A DNA stretch of 31,162 nt from Elusimicrobiota bacterium. GTDB taxonomy: Bacteria; Elusimicrobiota; Elusimicrobia; Elusimicrobiales; UBA9959. Position 1 is the stretch's first letter. Every line of letters begins with the position of its first letter. Below, in pieces: positions 1-8,746 of the stretch. A model generated the notes under the pieces. It did no database searches, had not been told where the DNA came from, and was given only the letters and a program-made list of their open reading frames with translations. Made by a program: the position numbers and the translations under genes. The stretch is from positions 1-31,162 of the forward strand of contig JAINCQ010000024.1 in assembly GCA_036574205.1 (NCBI GenBank), read 5' to 3'.

Positions 1-148
1 CTCAGTTTAAAATTACTATGTAAATATATTTGTTGCATATTGGCTACTTCCAAAAGTAGTTATATATAATTATTATTTTAAGATTTTTTGACCTTAAATC
101 TGTCCAATATGTTTCTGATATTTTGCAGATAAAATCATAAAAAAATTG

Positions 149-154
149 TAAAAT
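149..154 (+). promoter_or_regulatory. Putative -10 element (TAAAAT) 7 nt upstream of the prfB ATG; possible leaderless promoter
   Basis: TTGTAAAATGTAGTGT-ATG with no Shine-Dalgarno sequence. Confidence 0.4.
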
Positions 155-161
155 GTAGTGT

Positions 162-1295
162 ATGCCTGAACATATTGAATTCAAGGACATAGAAAACAAG
201 ATAAGATATATTGAAAACTTATATTCGGAAATTAAAGCAATATATAATTTTGACGAGAAATCTGCAAAGATTATGGATCTTCAAAAGCAAACAAACTCTC
301 CCACATTCTGGAATGATCTGGCAAATGCTCAAAAAATTGTCAAAGAAATAAACGATATAAAAGGAAAATTAGAAATAATAGAAAAATCAAATAAGGATAT
401 AGAGGATTTTAAGGTTCACCTTGAGCTTACAAAAGAAGCAAATGATATTGAAGAGTTAAACGTTCTTTTTGAAGAGATAAAACATCTTGAAAGAAAATTA
501 AAAACGCTGGATTTTGAATTAAAACTATCAGATCCATTGGATAAAAGCGATGCCATCTTTTCAATACACGCTGGAGCAGGTGGAACAGAAGCCTGCGATT
601 GGGCGAACATGCTTTTAAGAATGTATATGAAATGGGCAACTTCAAAAGGCTTTCAGTTCATAATAACTGATATTTTAAGCGGGGAAGAAGCGGGTATAAA
701 AAGCGTAACAGCTTTTGTAAAAGGAAAATACGCCTATGGATATCTGAAAAGCGAAATAGGAGTTCACAGACTGGTTAGAATATCGCCTTTTGACGCAAAC
801 AAGAGGAGACATACATCTTTTGCAAGCGTGGATGTTCTTGCAGATATAGAAGAAGATATAGATATAAAAATAGAGGACAAAGATATAGAAATGGAAACAT
901 ATAGGGCTGGCGGTCATGGGGGTCAAAATGTAAATAAGGTTGAAACTGCTGTAAGAATAAGGCATATCCCGACTGGAATTGTCGTAGCTTGTCAGGTAGA
1001 AAGATCTCAACATCAAAATAAAATAAATGCTTTAAAGATGTTAAAAGCGAAATTATATGAAATAGAAATGGATAAAAAACGAAGTCAGATGGAAAGACGT
1101 TATGACGAAAAGGGCGATATAGGCTGGGGTTATCAGATTCGCTCTTATGTTTTTATGCCTTATCAGATGGTTAAGGATTTAAGGACAGGATACGAAACAT
1201 CTCAGGTTGACGATGTTTTAAATGGAAAGCTTGATGATTTTATGCACAGCTATCTAAGCTGGAAAGCTAAAAATAAACCTCAAAAATCTCAATGA
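162..1295 (+). CDS. prfB: Peptide chain release factor 2 (continuous ORF, no +1 frameshift)
   Basis: [11 protein letters not shown], the RF2-specific SPF tripeptide (RISPFD), RRHTSFASV, the GGQ motif and WGYQIRSY. Confidence 0.97.
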   Translation: MPEHIEFKDIENKIRYIENLYSEIKAIYNFDEKSAKIMDLQKQTNSPTFWNDLANAQKIVKEINDIKGKLEIIEKSNKDIEDFKVHLELTKEANDIEELNVLFEEIKHLERKLKTLDFELKLSDPLDKSDAIFSIHAGAGGTEACDWANMLLRMYMKWATSKGFQFIITDILSGEEAGIKSVTAFVKGKYAYGYLKSEIGVHRLVRISPFDANKRRHTSFASVDVLADIEEDIDIKIEDKDIEMETYRAGGHGGQNVNKVETAVRIRHIPTGIVVACQVERSQHQNKINALKMLKAKLYEIEMDKKRSQMERRYDEKGDIGWGYQIRSYVFMPYQMVKDLRTGYETSQVDDVLNGKLDDFMHSYLSWKAKNKPQKSQ

Positions 1296-2086
1296 TAGAT
1301 TCTCATACCCATTTATCAGATGAAAAATTTAATCAAGATAGGGATGATGTAATAAACCATTGTATAAAATCAGGCATAAAAAAATTTATAGAAGTTTTAT
1401 GTTCAAAAGATGAATGGGGAAAAATTTCACTTTTTGATAAATATAAAGAAAATTTCTTTTTTTCTTTTGGAATACACCCTCATTACACAGAACAATCAAC
1501 TGATGAAGATTTTAAAAAACTTGAAGAATATATTACCACAAAAAGATGCGTTGCCATTGGAGAGACCGGTATAGATTTATGGTATTATCCAGATAAACTA
1601 AAGGAGCAACTCAATCTTCTTGAAAAACAGATAGAAATTTCAAATAAAACCAAAAAACCGCTGATATTTCATATAAGAAATCCAAAAGGTAGTGACAGAG
1701 CATACTCCAGTTTTTTTGACTTTATCCCCGGAAAAATAAACAATGGCAATTATATACCCGCTGTAATCCATTCTTTTTCAGGAGAGATAAATGATGCAAG
1801 AAAAGCTATAGATATGGGATTTTTAATAGGGATAAATGCCACAATAACATATCCAAAAAACCAGAGTTTAAGAGAAATAATAAAAAATTTCGGGATTAAT
1901 AGTTCTATAGTTGAAACTGATTGTCCATATCTTCCTCCTCAAAGAATAAGAGGAAAGAGAAACGATCCGACTTCAATCATTGAAATTATATCCGCTATAT
2001 CAGAAATAACAAAGATGAAATACGAAGATGTAGAAGATAAAATAAATTCAAATTTTAATTTATTTCTTAGTAAAAACTATATATAA
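1292..2086 (+). CDS. tatD: TatD family metal-dependent hydrolase/DNase
   Basis: IDSHTH, GIHPH, IGETGID, HSFSG and ETDCPYL motifs; ATGA overlap with prfB. Confidence 0.93.
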   Translation: MIDSHTHLSDEKFNQDRDDVINHCIKSGIKKFIEVLCSKDEWGKISLFDKYKENFFFSFGIHPHYTEQSTDEDFKKLEEYITTKRCVAIGETGIDLWYYPDKLKEQLNLLEKQIEISNKTKKPLIFHIRNPKGSDRAYSSFFDFIPGKINNGNYIPAVIHSFSGEINDARKAIDMGFLIGINATITYPKNQSLREIIKNFGINSSIVETDCPYLPPQRIRGKRNDPTSIIEIISAISEITKMKYEDVEDKINSNFNLFLSKNYI

Positions 2087-2639
2087 AAGACATTGACAAA
2101 TCAATATTATTTACCGGACCAATGTCAAAATTTTTGCTTTTCATTTTAAAAATATGATTCCATTCAAGATTTAATCCTATTCCTGTTTTCCTGCCAAGCT
2201 TTATCTTTAATCCACTACCCATTCTAAAACCAAACTCTGTGGCAGAGGTAGAATCAAAACTGCTTGACGATGGCTGAGTCCAGTGATATATTCCACTTCC
2301 AACATATCCATAAAATATTCTTTCATCCATACCAAGCCAGGAAAATAGCACCGGAGCAAAGGAAAAAATACTTATCTTAATTTCATTATTCCTGTTTTTG
2401 TAATATGAATAATTGGAGGCTAGGGCGCCAATAGAAATAACATCATCTATGTCCTTTATATACATTATCTTAAATCCCATTGATGATTCAAATCCTATAT
2501 CCCTATCACCCCAATGTCCATATACAGGAAAAGAGTAGCCAGAATTAAAAAACAAATGCTTATTGTTTACTTCGCTTATCTGAGGGTATGATACAGAAGG
2601 TAAAAGGATAAAAATAAAAATTAAAATAAAATTAACTAT
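2067..2639 (-). CDS. Outer-membrane beta-barrel (OmpA/porin-like) protein; start uncertain (ATA at 2639 or TTG at 2555)
   Basis: Alternating aromatic/Gly beta-strands (YGYVGSGIY, FGFRMGSGL) and an aromatic C-terminus ([10 protein letters not shown]). The frame is open upstream of 2555 with the hydrophobic signal-like IVNFILIFIFILLPSVSYP, following the SD GGGGAGGT. Confidence 0.65.
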   Translation of the reverse strand: MVNFILIFIFILLPSVSYPQISEVNNKHLFFNSGYSFPVYGHWGDRDIGFESSMGFKIMYIKDIDDVISIGALASNYSYYKNRNNEIKISIFSFAPVLFSWLGMDERIFYGYVGSGIYHWTQPSSSSFDSTSATEFGFRMGSGLKIKLGRKTGIGLNLEWNHIFKMKSKNFDIGPVNNIDLSMSFIYSFY

Positions 2640-3784
2640 TTTACCTCCCCATTTTTTTCAATTGTTGAAATTTTATTTCTTGCCACAAGCATTATCATAA
2701 CCACTATAATAAATAACAATATAATTTCCAAGAAAGAAACATAAGCTCTCATATTTTCATCTTTGATAACAAGAGTTATAGCTATTAAGCCACATAAAAG
2801 ATTTAAAAGCGTTATAAATAAAGCAGTTTCCCTGATTGAAAAACCTATTAATAAAAGCCTGTGATGAAGATGATCTCTACCTGTATATTCAAGCCACTGT
2901 TTTATACTTGCAATCTGTTTGTTTTTTATCCTTGAAATAGTTGTATAAATAAGGTCAAATATTGGGATAAAAAGAACCATTATTGGAGCTGAAAAAGCCA
3001 CAACTGGATTGTTGTTTGCCCAGGAAACATATATACCGATACAAGCAAGGACATAACCAATAAAAGTAGAACCGCCATCGCCTAAAAAGATTCTTGCGGG
3101 GTTCCAGTTATATATAAGAAAACCGCAAATAGATCCACATAAGCTTGCAGTAATAAACATAACCTTATATTGTTCTGTTCCGACAACTACAATCAAAAAA
3201 ATAACACTTATCACAACACCCATTGAAGACGCAAGTCCATCTATTCCATCCATAAAATTGAAAGCATTTGTAATTCCTACTATCCATAGAATTGAAATGA
3301 CATAGGAAAGGAGTATTCCATAAAATCCCCAGTTAACAGGAAATTTTATCGAAAGTCCCATTTCAACAGCAATTAAAGCTGCAAGGAGTTGAACAAAAAG
3401 CCTTTTAAAAGCAGATATGCTTTTTATATCATCAAAAAAACCAAGAAAAAATATAATACTTGACCCAATCAAAATACCTACTATCTCGCGTGAAAATTGA
3501 AAGTTCCTTAATAAGGTAAAGATAAAAGCTAAATAAATTCCCAATCCACCAATCCTCGGTACTGGAATTTTATGAATTTTTCTTTCATTAGGAAAATCAA
3601 GTATATTAAACCTGAGTGCTATTTTTTCAAGAAGAGGATATAAAAGATTGAAAATCAAAAAGGCTATAATAAAAAGATAAACCCATCTAATGCCACTTTC
3701 AAAACTCCAGGCGGAAAATCCGCCGGGAGGAATTATATAAATAAAAAAAGAAAGCCCAAATAAAATAGCTATTTTTTTGAACAT
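2636..3784 (-). CDS. WecA/TagO-like undecaprenyl-phosphate GlcNAc-1-phosphate transferase (MraY-like, Glycos_transf_4)
   Basis: RKIH..PVPRIGG, GFFDD, NAFNFMDGIDGL, IFLGDGGS and DHLHHRL motifs; multiple TM helices. Confidence 0.92.
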   Translation of the reverse strand: MFKKIAILFGLSFFIYIIPPGGFSAWSFESGIRWVYLFIIAFLIFNLLYPLLEKIALRFNILDFPNERKIHKIPVPRIGGLGIYLAFIFTLLRNFQFSREIVGILIGSSIIFFLGFFDDIKSISAFKRLFVQLLAALIAVEMGLSIKFPVNWGFYGILLSYVISILWIVGITNAFNFMDGIDGLASSMGVVISVIFLIVVVGTEQYKVMFITASLCGSICGFLIYNWNPARIFLGDGGSTFIGYVLACIGIYVSWANNNPVVAFSAPIMVLFIPIFDLIYTTISRIKNKQIASIKQWLEYTGRDHLHHRLLLIGFSIRETALFITLLNLLCGLIAITLVIKDENMRAYVSFLEIILLFIIVVMIMLVARNKISTIEKNGEVK

Positions 3785-4398
3785 AATATATCAAACATAA
3801 TTCTTTGCGCCATAAATGATTCACAATATTTCATCCTTCCCTGATATCCCCTGAATATAGCAGTGCTTTGGGCGCTTTCAATTATGGAAAGATTTTTTAC
3901 TCTTGTTTTATTTATCTGAGAAAAATGAGCCTTTAAAAGAGATATCTTGTTTTTAAAGACATCACCTATATCGTTAAATATTGTAGGTGAGAAATCAATG
4001 GAAGTCGGGGTTTCATAAAAAAGAAAGTTATTTATATATCTTGCAGCTGTAACAACTGCATTTGAAACTGCTATATGGTCTTGATGTGTATCTTTATAAT
4101 AATTAACAAAAATTAAATCTGGAGAAACTTTCTTAATAACTTTTTCAACATTTTCAATAAGCTCCCTGTTTAAAAAGACCTCTGTATCTTTAAAACCACC
4201 CCATATAAGATTAGCACCTATAATACTGGCAGATTTTATTTGCTCTTTTTCCCTTATCTCTGGATTACCACCAAAATCCCCTTTTGTTAAAACATACATA
4301 AAAATTTTCGCACCTGAATCTGAAAGTTTTAAAAGCGTTCCACCACATCCAAATTCTATATCATCAGGGTGGGCTCCTATTGCAAGGATCTTCTTCAT
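3769..4398 (-). CDS. PIG-L/LmbE family N-acetylhexosamine deacetylase
   Basis: AHPDDIEFGCGGT, R..E and DTHQDH Zn-binding motifs. Confidence 0.93.
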   Translation of the reverse strand: MKKILAIGAHPDDIEFGCGGTLLKLSDSGAKIFMYVLTKGDFGGNPEIREKEQIKSASIIGANLIWGGFKDTEVFLNRELIENVEKVIKKVSPDLIFVNYYKDTHQDHIAVSNAVVTAARYINNFLFYETPTSIDFSPTIFNDIGDVFKNKISLLKAHFSQINKTRVKNLSIIESAQSTAIFRGYQGRMKYCESFMAQRIMFDILCSKK

Positions 4399-5201
4399 TC
4401 ACTCCCCCTTATGCTTTCATAAGATTCCTTTATTATATCTCCATCTATCACACTCATACCTTTGGAAAAAGCAGTTAAAAGAGCGATAGAGCATATATTG
4501 TTTATCCATCTTGGTATCCCCCCACTTCTTTCATATAGAGATTCAAAACAGTCTTCGGAAAATATCTGTGGCTCTGCACCGGCAACGCTCATTCTATGAA
4601 AAACATATTCTTTTGTTTCTTTTTTGCTTAAAGGTTTAATCTCATAACTTAAAAAAATCCTTTGCATAAACTGCTTATTAGAAGATATTTTTTCTATAAG
4701 CTCGCTCTGTCCGCTTATAATAAGAGTTAAAAGATTTCTATTTTCAATCTGATAATTCAAAAGCATTCTCAGTTCTTCCAAAACTCCATCTGAGTTTATA
4801 TTCTGCGCTTCATCTATCACCACAACACAATGTTTGGCATCTCTGTGCGTATCCTTAAAAAATTTCTCAAGGGAAATAAGCAAATCTGCTTTGGTCTCGC
4901 CAATTCTATAGCTTATATAATTATGAGCTATCAGTTTTAATATGCCGGTTTCATCCACTGAAGGGTTTGCCACAAAAGAAAACAAATATCCTTTTCTTGA
5001 AAGTTCTTTTTCTATTGTCTTAAGAATAAAAGTTTTGCCTGTTCCATATCCACCACTAAGCATCGCGCAGGATTGCCTATCTTCAATCACATACTTTATT
5101 CTTGAATATGCTTCTTTATGAGAATCTGATTCAAAAAAAAATGTCCCATCATTGGTATTTTCAAACGGTTTTTTCTTTAATTTAAAAAAATCAAGATACA
5201 T
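4395..5201 (-). CDS. ExeA/GspA-type AAA+ ATPase (stand-alone, no peptidoglycan-binding domain)
   Basis: N-terminal MYLDFFKL..KPF, Walker A GGYGTGKT, Walker B VVIDEAQ, SGQSEL and SGGIPRWIN. Confidence 0.9.
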   Translation of the reverse strand: MYLDFFKLKKKPFENTNDGTFFFESDSHKEAYSRIKYVIEDRQSCAMLSGGYGTGKTFILKTIEKELSRKGYLFSFVANPSVDETGILKLIAHNYISYRIGETKADLLISLEKFFKDTHRDAKHCVVVIDEAQNINSDGVLEELRMLLNYQIENRNLLTLIISGQSELIEKISSNKQFMQRIFLSYEIKPLSKKETKEYVFHRMSVAGAEPQIFSEDCFESLYERSGGIPRWINNICSIALLTAFSKGMSVIDGDIIKESYESIRGSE

Positions 5202-5205
5202 AGAT

Positions 5206-5221
5206 ATTATAGATTATTATA
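5206..5221 (-). promoter_or_regulatory. Two tandem TATAAT -10-like boxes directly upstream of the ExeA ATG
   Basis: The minus strand reads TG-TATAAT-AATC-TATAAT-ATCT-ATG, with no SD. Confidence 0.4.
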
Positions 5222-5368
5222 CATATTTTTATAGGAGATTATTAATACTCAAAAGCTTTAAGCCTAAGGACCTAAACGCCAATATACCAAAATGCCCTTT
5301 GAATAAAAAAACTTTTATGTTAAAATATATATAATGATTAATTCAGCTAAATAGGAGGGATTTAATTT

Positions 5369-6223
5369 ATGAAAACATACCTGATTGTAATTAGTTTTTT
5401 TATCTGGACAAATCTTTTTGCCGAAGAGAAAGAGATAGGGCTTTATAATTTTAACGAAGTAAAATTAGAAATGCAAACCCCGAAGGTTTCTTTAAACTCA
5501 AAACCCCTCAGTAAAGAAGCAGTTGCTACTATAACTAAACCTCATCTTATAGCGAATGCAAGTAAAAAGATACTTTTTGGCTACGTAAAAAACGATACGG
5601 AATATAAAGAATTTATTGATATGTATACGAAACTTCTAAAAGACAATGATTTTAAAATTTCTGAGATAAAAAAAGAAGGCGAAATGGTAATGATAACTTA
5701 CTTCGCTCACTCACAAATGGCAGTAAGAAGATTTATAGATGATGATTTAAATTATAATGCAAAAGACGACAATGAAATTTCAAAGATTATGAATGAAACT
5801 ATTGCAGAACTTGAAAAAAATGGGATGAAGGTTATAGGGAAATATATTGTTAAAACAGATTTCTTAAGACCAACATTTATGATATATTATCTGACAGAAG
5901 TAAAAGACTTTGCCGAAAAAGAAATAAGGTTAAGGCTCCTTAAAAAAGGTGAAGATATAGACTTTGATCTTCTTGAAAACTCCGTTAAGATAATAAGAAA
6001 AGATACTTCTTTTTCAATGCTTTATATAGGAAAAGAGCTTGGTTTTGTTTCAAAACTTGCCACTGATGAGGCAAATGCAATCTCAAAGCTCAATGAATAT
6101 AAAAAATTTTTAAATGATAATAACAAGCAGTTCATAAATCATAAGATAAAACCTCTTAACGAACCTTTTACAAGCGGGGATACGACATTCAAATTTCTTT
6201 TAAATATCTATTTTTTCCAATAA
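5369..6223 (+). CDS. Secreted hypothetical protein, apparently monocistronic
   Basis: Signal peptide MKTYLIVISFFIWTNLFA, SD AGGAGG at 5353-5358 and a downstream terminator. Confidence 0.8.
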   Translation: MKTYLIVISFFIWTNLFAEEKEIGLYNFNEVKLEMQTPKVSLNSKPLSKEAVATITKPHLIANASKKILFGYVKNDTEYKEFIDMYTKLLKDNDFKISEIKKEGEMVMITYFAHSQMAVRRFIDDDLNYNAKDDNEISKIMNETIAELEKNGMKVIGKYIVKTDFLRPTFMIYYLTEVKDFAEKEIRLRLLKKGEDIDFDLLENSVKIIRKDTSFSMLYIGKELGFVSKLATDEANAISKLNEYKKFLNDNNKQFINHKIKPLNEPFTSGDTTFKFLLNIYFFQ

Positions 6224-6236
6224 AAAAACATTTCAA

Positions 6237-6270
6237 AAAAGAGCCGCTTTTTAAAAAAGGCGGCTCTTTT
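6237..6270 (+). terminator. Intrinsic (possibly bidirectional) terminator
   Basis: Inverted repeat AAAAGAGCCGC...GCGGCTCTTTT just after the stop at 6223. Confidence 0.85.
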
Positions 6271-6301
6271 AATTTGCTATCATATAATAAAGGAGTCAGT
6301 T

Positions 6302-7303
6302 ATGGAAGAAAAACTTTTTGTGGTAGGACTTATTTCCGGAATATATCTTTTTTTTACAGAACATTTTAAGGAAAAGGGGAAATTTGACTCAGAAAAATTT
6401 TCTATCCTGTGGCATAAGGCATTTCTGGCTATGGCAGGATTTATAGTAGGATTTCTTACAATTGTAATAATAGACAATCGCCTTGGAGAAATAGTGACAG
6501 CATCCTTTATAACAAAAAAACAATTTTTTTTCGCAGTTCTTTTTTCAGTTATAGGATGGTTTTATCCAAACACTCCATTTTTTATCCCTGACAAAAAAAT
6601 AGACGAAAAAACAAAATTACCAAAATTTATAAAAACTGACAGAGAATGGGGGGACACTTTTTTTACAGCTTTTATACTTGCCTCTATTGTAATGTACTGT
6701 TTTTTGCAGGCATTTAAGATACCAAGCGGATCTATGAGGATGACATTAATTGAAGGGGATCACCTCTTTGTTAATAAGATTATTTACGGAATAAAAATAC
6801 CTTTTACTGATAAAAAAATATTAAAATTAAAAGAAATTAAAAGAGGAGATATTGTGGTTTTTAGATTTCCAAGCGAAAACCCTGATGAATATCAATGCGG
6901 TGGCAAACAGTATGGAAAGGATTTTGTAAAAAGGGTTATAGGTCTACCAGGAGATAAAATAGAGATAAGAAGCGGAGTTCCTTTTTTAAATGGGATAGCG
7001 CTTGGGGTAGAAAAATATGCAAATTATATAGATTCTGCAAGGATTCCTCCTATAGCTGAAAAAGTAGAACAAAAGGTTTTTCAGGAATTATGGGAAAAGA
7101 GACAAACTGGAAAATATTTTTCTGAGTATATAAGAGATAATTTTGGACCTGTCATTGTTCCCCCAAACACATATTTTGTTCTGGGCGATAATAGAGATCG
7201 ATCCTGCGATTCAAGATACTGGGGTCCAGTTCCTATAAAATATATAAAAGGAAGCCCGCTTTTTATATATTGGCCACCTTCAAGAATTGGCTTTGTTAAA
7301 TGA
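6302..7303 (+). CDS. lepB: Signal peptidase I with extended N-terminal membrane region
   Basis: IPSGSM (catalytic Ser), DFVKRVIG (catalytic Lys) and GDNRDRSCDSRYWG; SD AAGGAG at 6290-6295. Confidence 0.93.
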   Translation: MEEKLFVVGLISGIYLFFTEHFKEKGKFDSEKFSILWHKAFLAMAGFIVGFLTIVIIDNRLGEIVTASFITKKQFFFAVLFSVIGWFYPNTPFFIPDKKIDEKTKLPKFIKTDREWGDTFFTAFILASIVMYCFLQAFKIPSGSMRMTLIEGDHLFVNKIIYGIKIPFTDKKILKLKEIKRGDIVVFRFPSENPDEYQCGGKQYGKDFVKRVIGLPGDKIEIRSGVPFLNGIALGVEKYANYIDSARIPPIAEKVEQKVFQELWEKRQTGKYFSEYIRDNFGPVIVPPNTYFVLGDNRDRSCDSRYWGPVPIKYIKGSPLFIYWPPSRIGFVK

Positions 7304-8130
7304 AAATAGATAATATACTAAAAAGGAAAAAAACTATTTCTTTTGAGTTTTTTCCACCAAAAGACATTGAAACTTTTAAAATTCTCATAGAAACAATAAA
7401 AGAATTAAAAAATTTTAATCCTGATTTTATATCAGTAACAGACTCAAATATATCAGCTAAAATGAAACATATAGCTCTTTCAAAACTATTAAAAGAAAAA
7501 ATGGGATTAAATATGCTTATCCATTTAACATGTATAAATAATACACCTAAAGAAATAAAAACTTCTATAAAAGCAATAGAGAAAACGGCAATTGATAATA
7601 TATTAGCTTTAAGAGGAGATAAAAGAAACTTTATAAAGATATCTAATTATTTTAAGCACGCTACAGATTTAATGAAAGAGATAGATAAAAATAAGTTTTG
7701 TATAGTTGTGGCAGCTCATCCCGAAGGACATAGAGATGGAGATATAAAAAAAGAAATCTTTTACCTGAAAATGAAAAAAGAGATGGGGGCTAGAGTTGCC
7801 GTAACTCAAATTTTTTTTGACAATGAAGTTTTTTTTAAGTTCAGAGAAAAGTTTGAAAAAGAAATTGGAATTTTTTTGATACCTGGAATTATGACAATAA
7901 CAAAGCCAAAAATGTTTGAAAATATAATTTAAAAAACAGGTAAAATAAAAATTCCCAAAAAGCTTTTAAATATACTTAATGAAAAATTAAATAATGAAGA
8001 TTTTTACAAAAAAAGCGTTGAGTTTTCAATAAACCAGATCTTGGATCTTAAAAAAAATGGTGTAGATGGAATTCATTTTTTTACATTTAATAGAGCATCT
8101 GCGACAAAAAGAATATTAAATAGTTTATGA
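7300..8130 (+). pseudogene. metF: Methylenetetrahydrofolate reductase interrupted by an in-frame TAA at 7930-7932 (pseudogene or base-call error)
   Basis: ISFEFFPPK, HLTC, LALRGD, HPEGH and TQIFFD motifs. The same frame continues after the TAA as KTGKIKIP...GVDGIHFFTFNRA...NSL to TGA at 8130. Confidence 0.85.
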
Positions 8131-8702
8131 ATGAAAAAACATTGAAAAAACAGATTATATTAAGCTCGAAAAAACTCAAAAACAGTGGGATGTTACCAGG
8201 CGCAAGTGGAAATATTAGCATAAGATTCAAAGATAAGATATTTATAACTCCAAGTATGGTTAATAAAGAAGATCTAAAATTAGCGGACATATCAGAGATA
8301 GATTTAACAGGAAAAATCTTGAACTCAAAAAAGCCATCTTCTGAATATCAACTTCACATAAATATATATAAAATTAGAAAGGACATAAATGCTATTGTGC
8401 ATACTCACCCACCTTATACCATTGCTTACTCAATAGCAAAAATAAAACCAGATTATAGACTTACAGTAGAATTTAATCTTATAGTAAAAAACCTTAAATT
8501 CTGTCCTTTTGAAAAGCCAGGAAGTACAAAACTTGCTTTAAAAGTTGCAGAATACTTAAAAGATTCAAATGCCGTTGTTATGGAAAACCATGGACTTGTA
8601 AGCATTGGAAGCGACCTGACTTCTGCGATGATAATTAATGAGGAAGTTGAAAATTTCTTTAAAATAAACTACCTTGTAAAAACTTTAAAAATGATGAAGT
8701 AA
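8127..8702 (+). CDS. Class II aldolase/adducin family protein (FucA/MtnB-like)
   Basis: GNISIR, ITPS, KPSSE, HTH and NHG Zn-binding motifs; ATGA overlap with the full-length metF frame. Confidence 0.9.
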   Translation: MNEKTLKKQIILSSKKLKNSGMLPGASGNISIRFKDKIFITPSMVNKEDLKLADISEIDLTGKILNSKKPSSEYQLHINIYKIRKDINAIVHTHPPYTIAYSIAKIKPDYRLTVEFNLIVKNLKFCPFEKPGSTKLALKVAEYLKDSNAVVMENHGLVSIGSDLTSAMIINEEVENFFKINYLVKTLKMMK

Positions 8703-8746
8703 GTATTATCTTAAAAGTAAATATTTGAAAATTATTTAGGAGTATT

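Noticed and set aside
416..1016. Minus-strand ORFs of 64, 72 and 113 aa inside prfB
   Set aside because: Antisense shadows of a conserved gene, with no motifs or RBS.
5152..5334. 60-aa plus-strand ORF in the divergent promoter region
   Set aside because: It overlaps the ExeA start, has a weak TTG start and no SD, and is likely chance in AT-rich DNA.
7930..7932. Stop-codon reassignment or readthrough (Sec/Pyl) in metF
   Set aside because: The codon is TAA, which ends many genes here. Sec and Pyl use TGA and TAG, and no other interrupted gene was seen.
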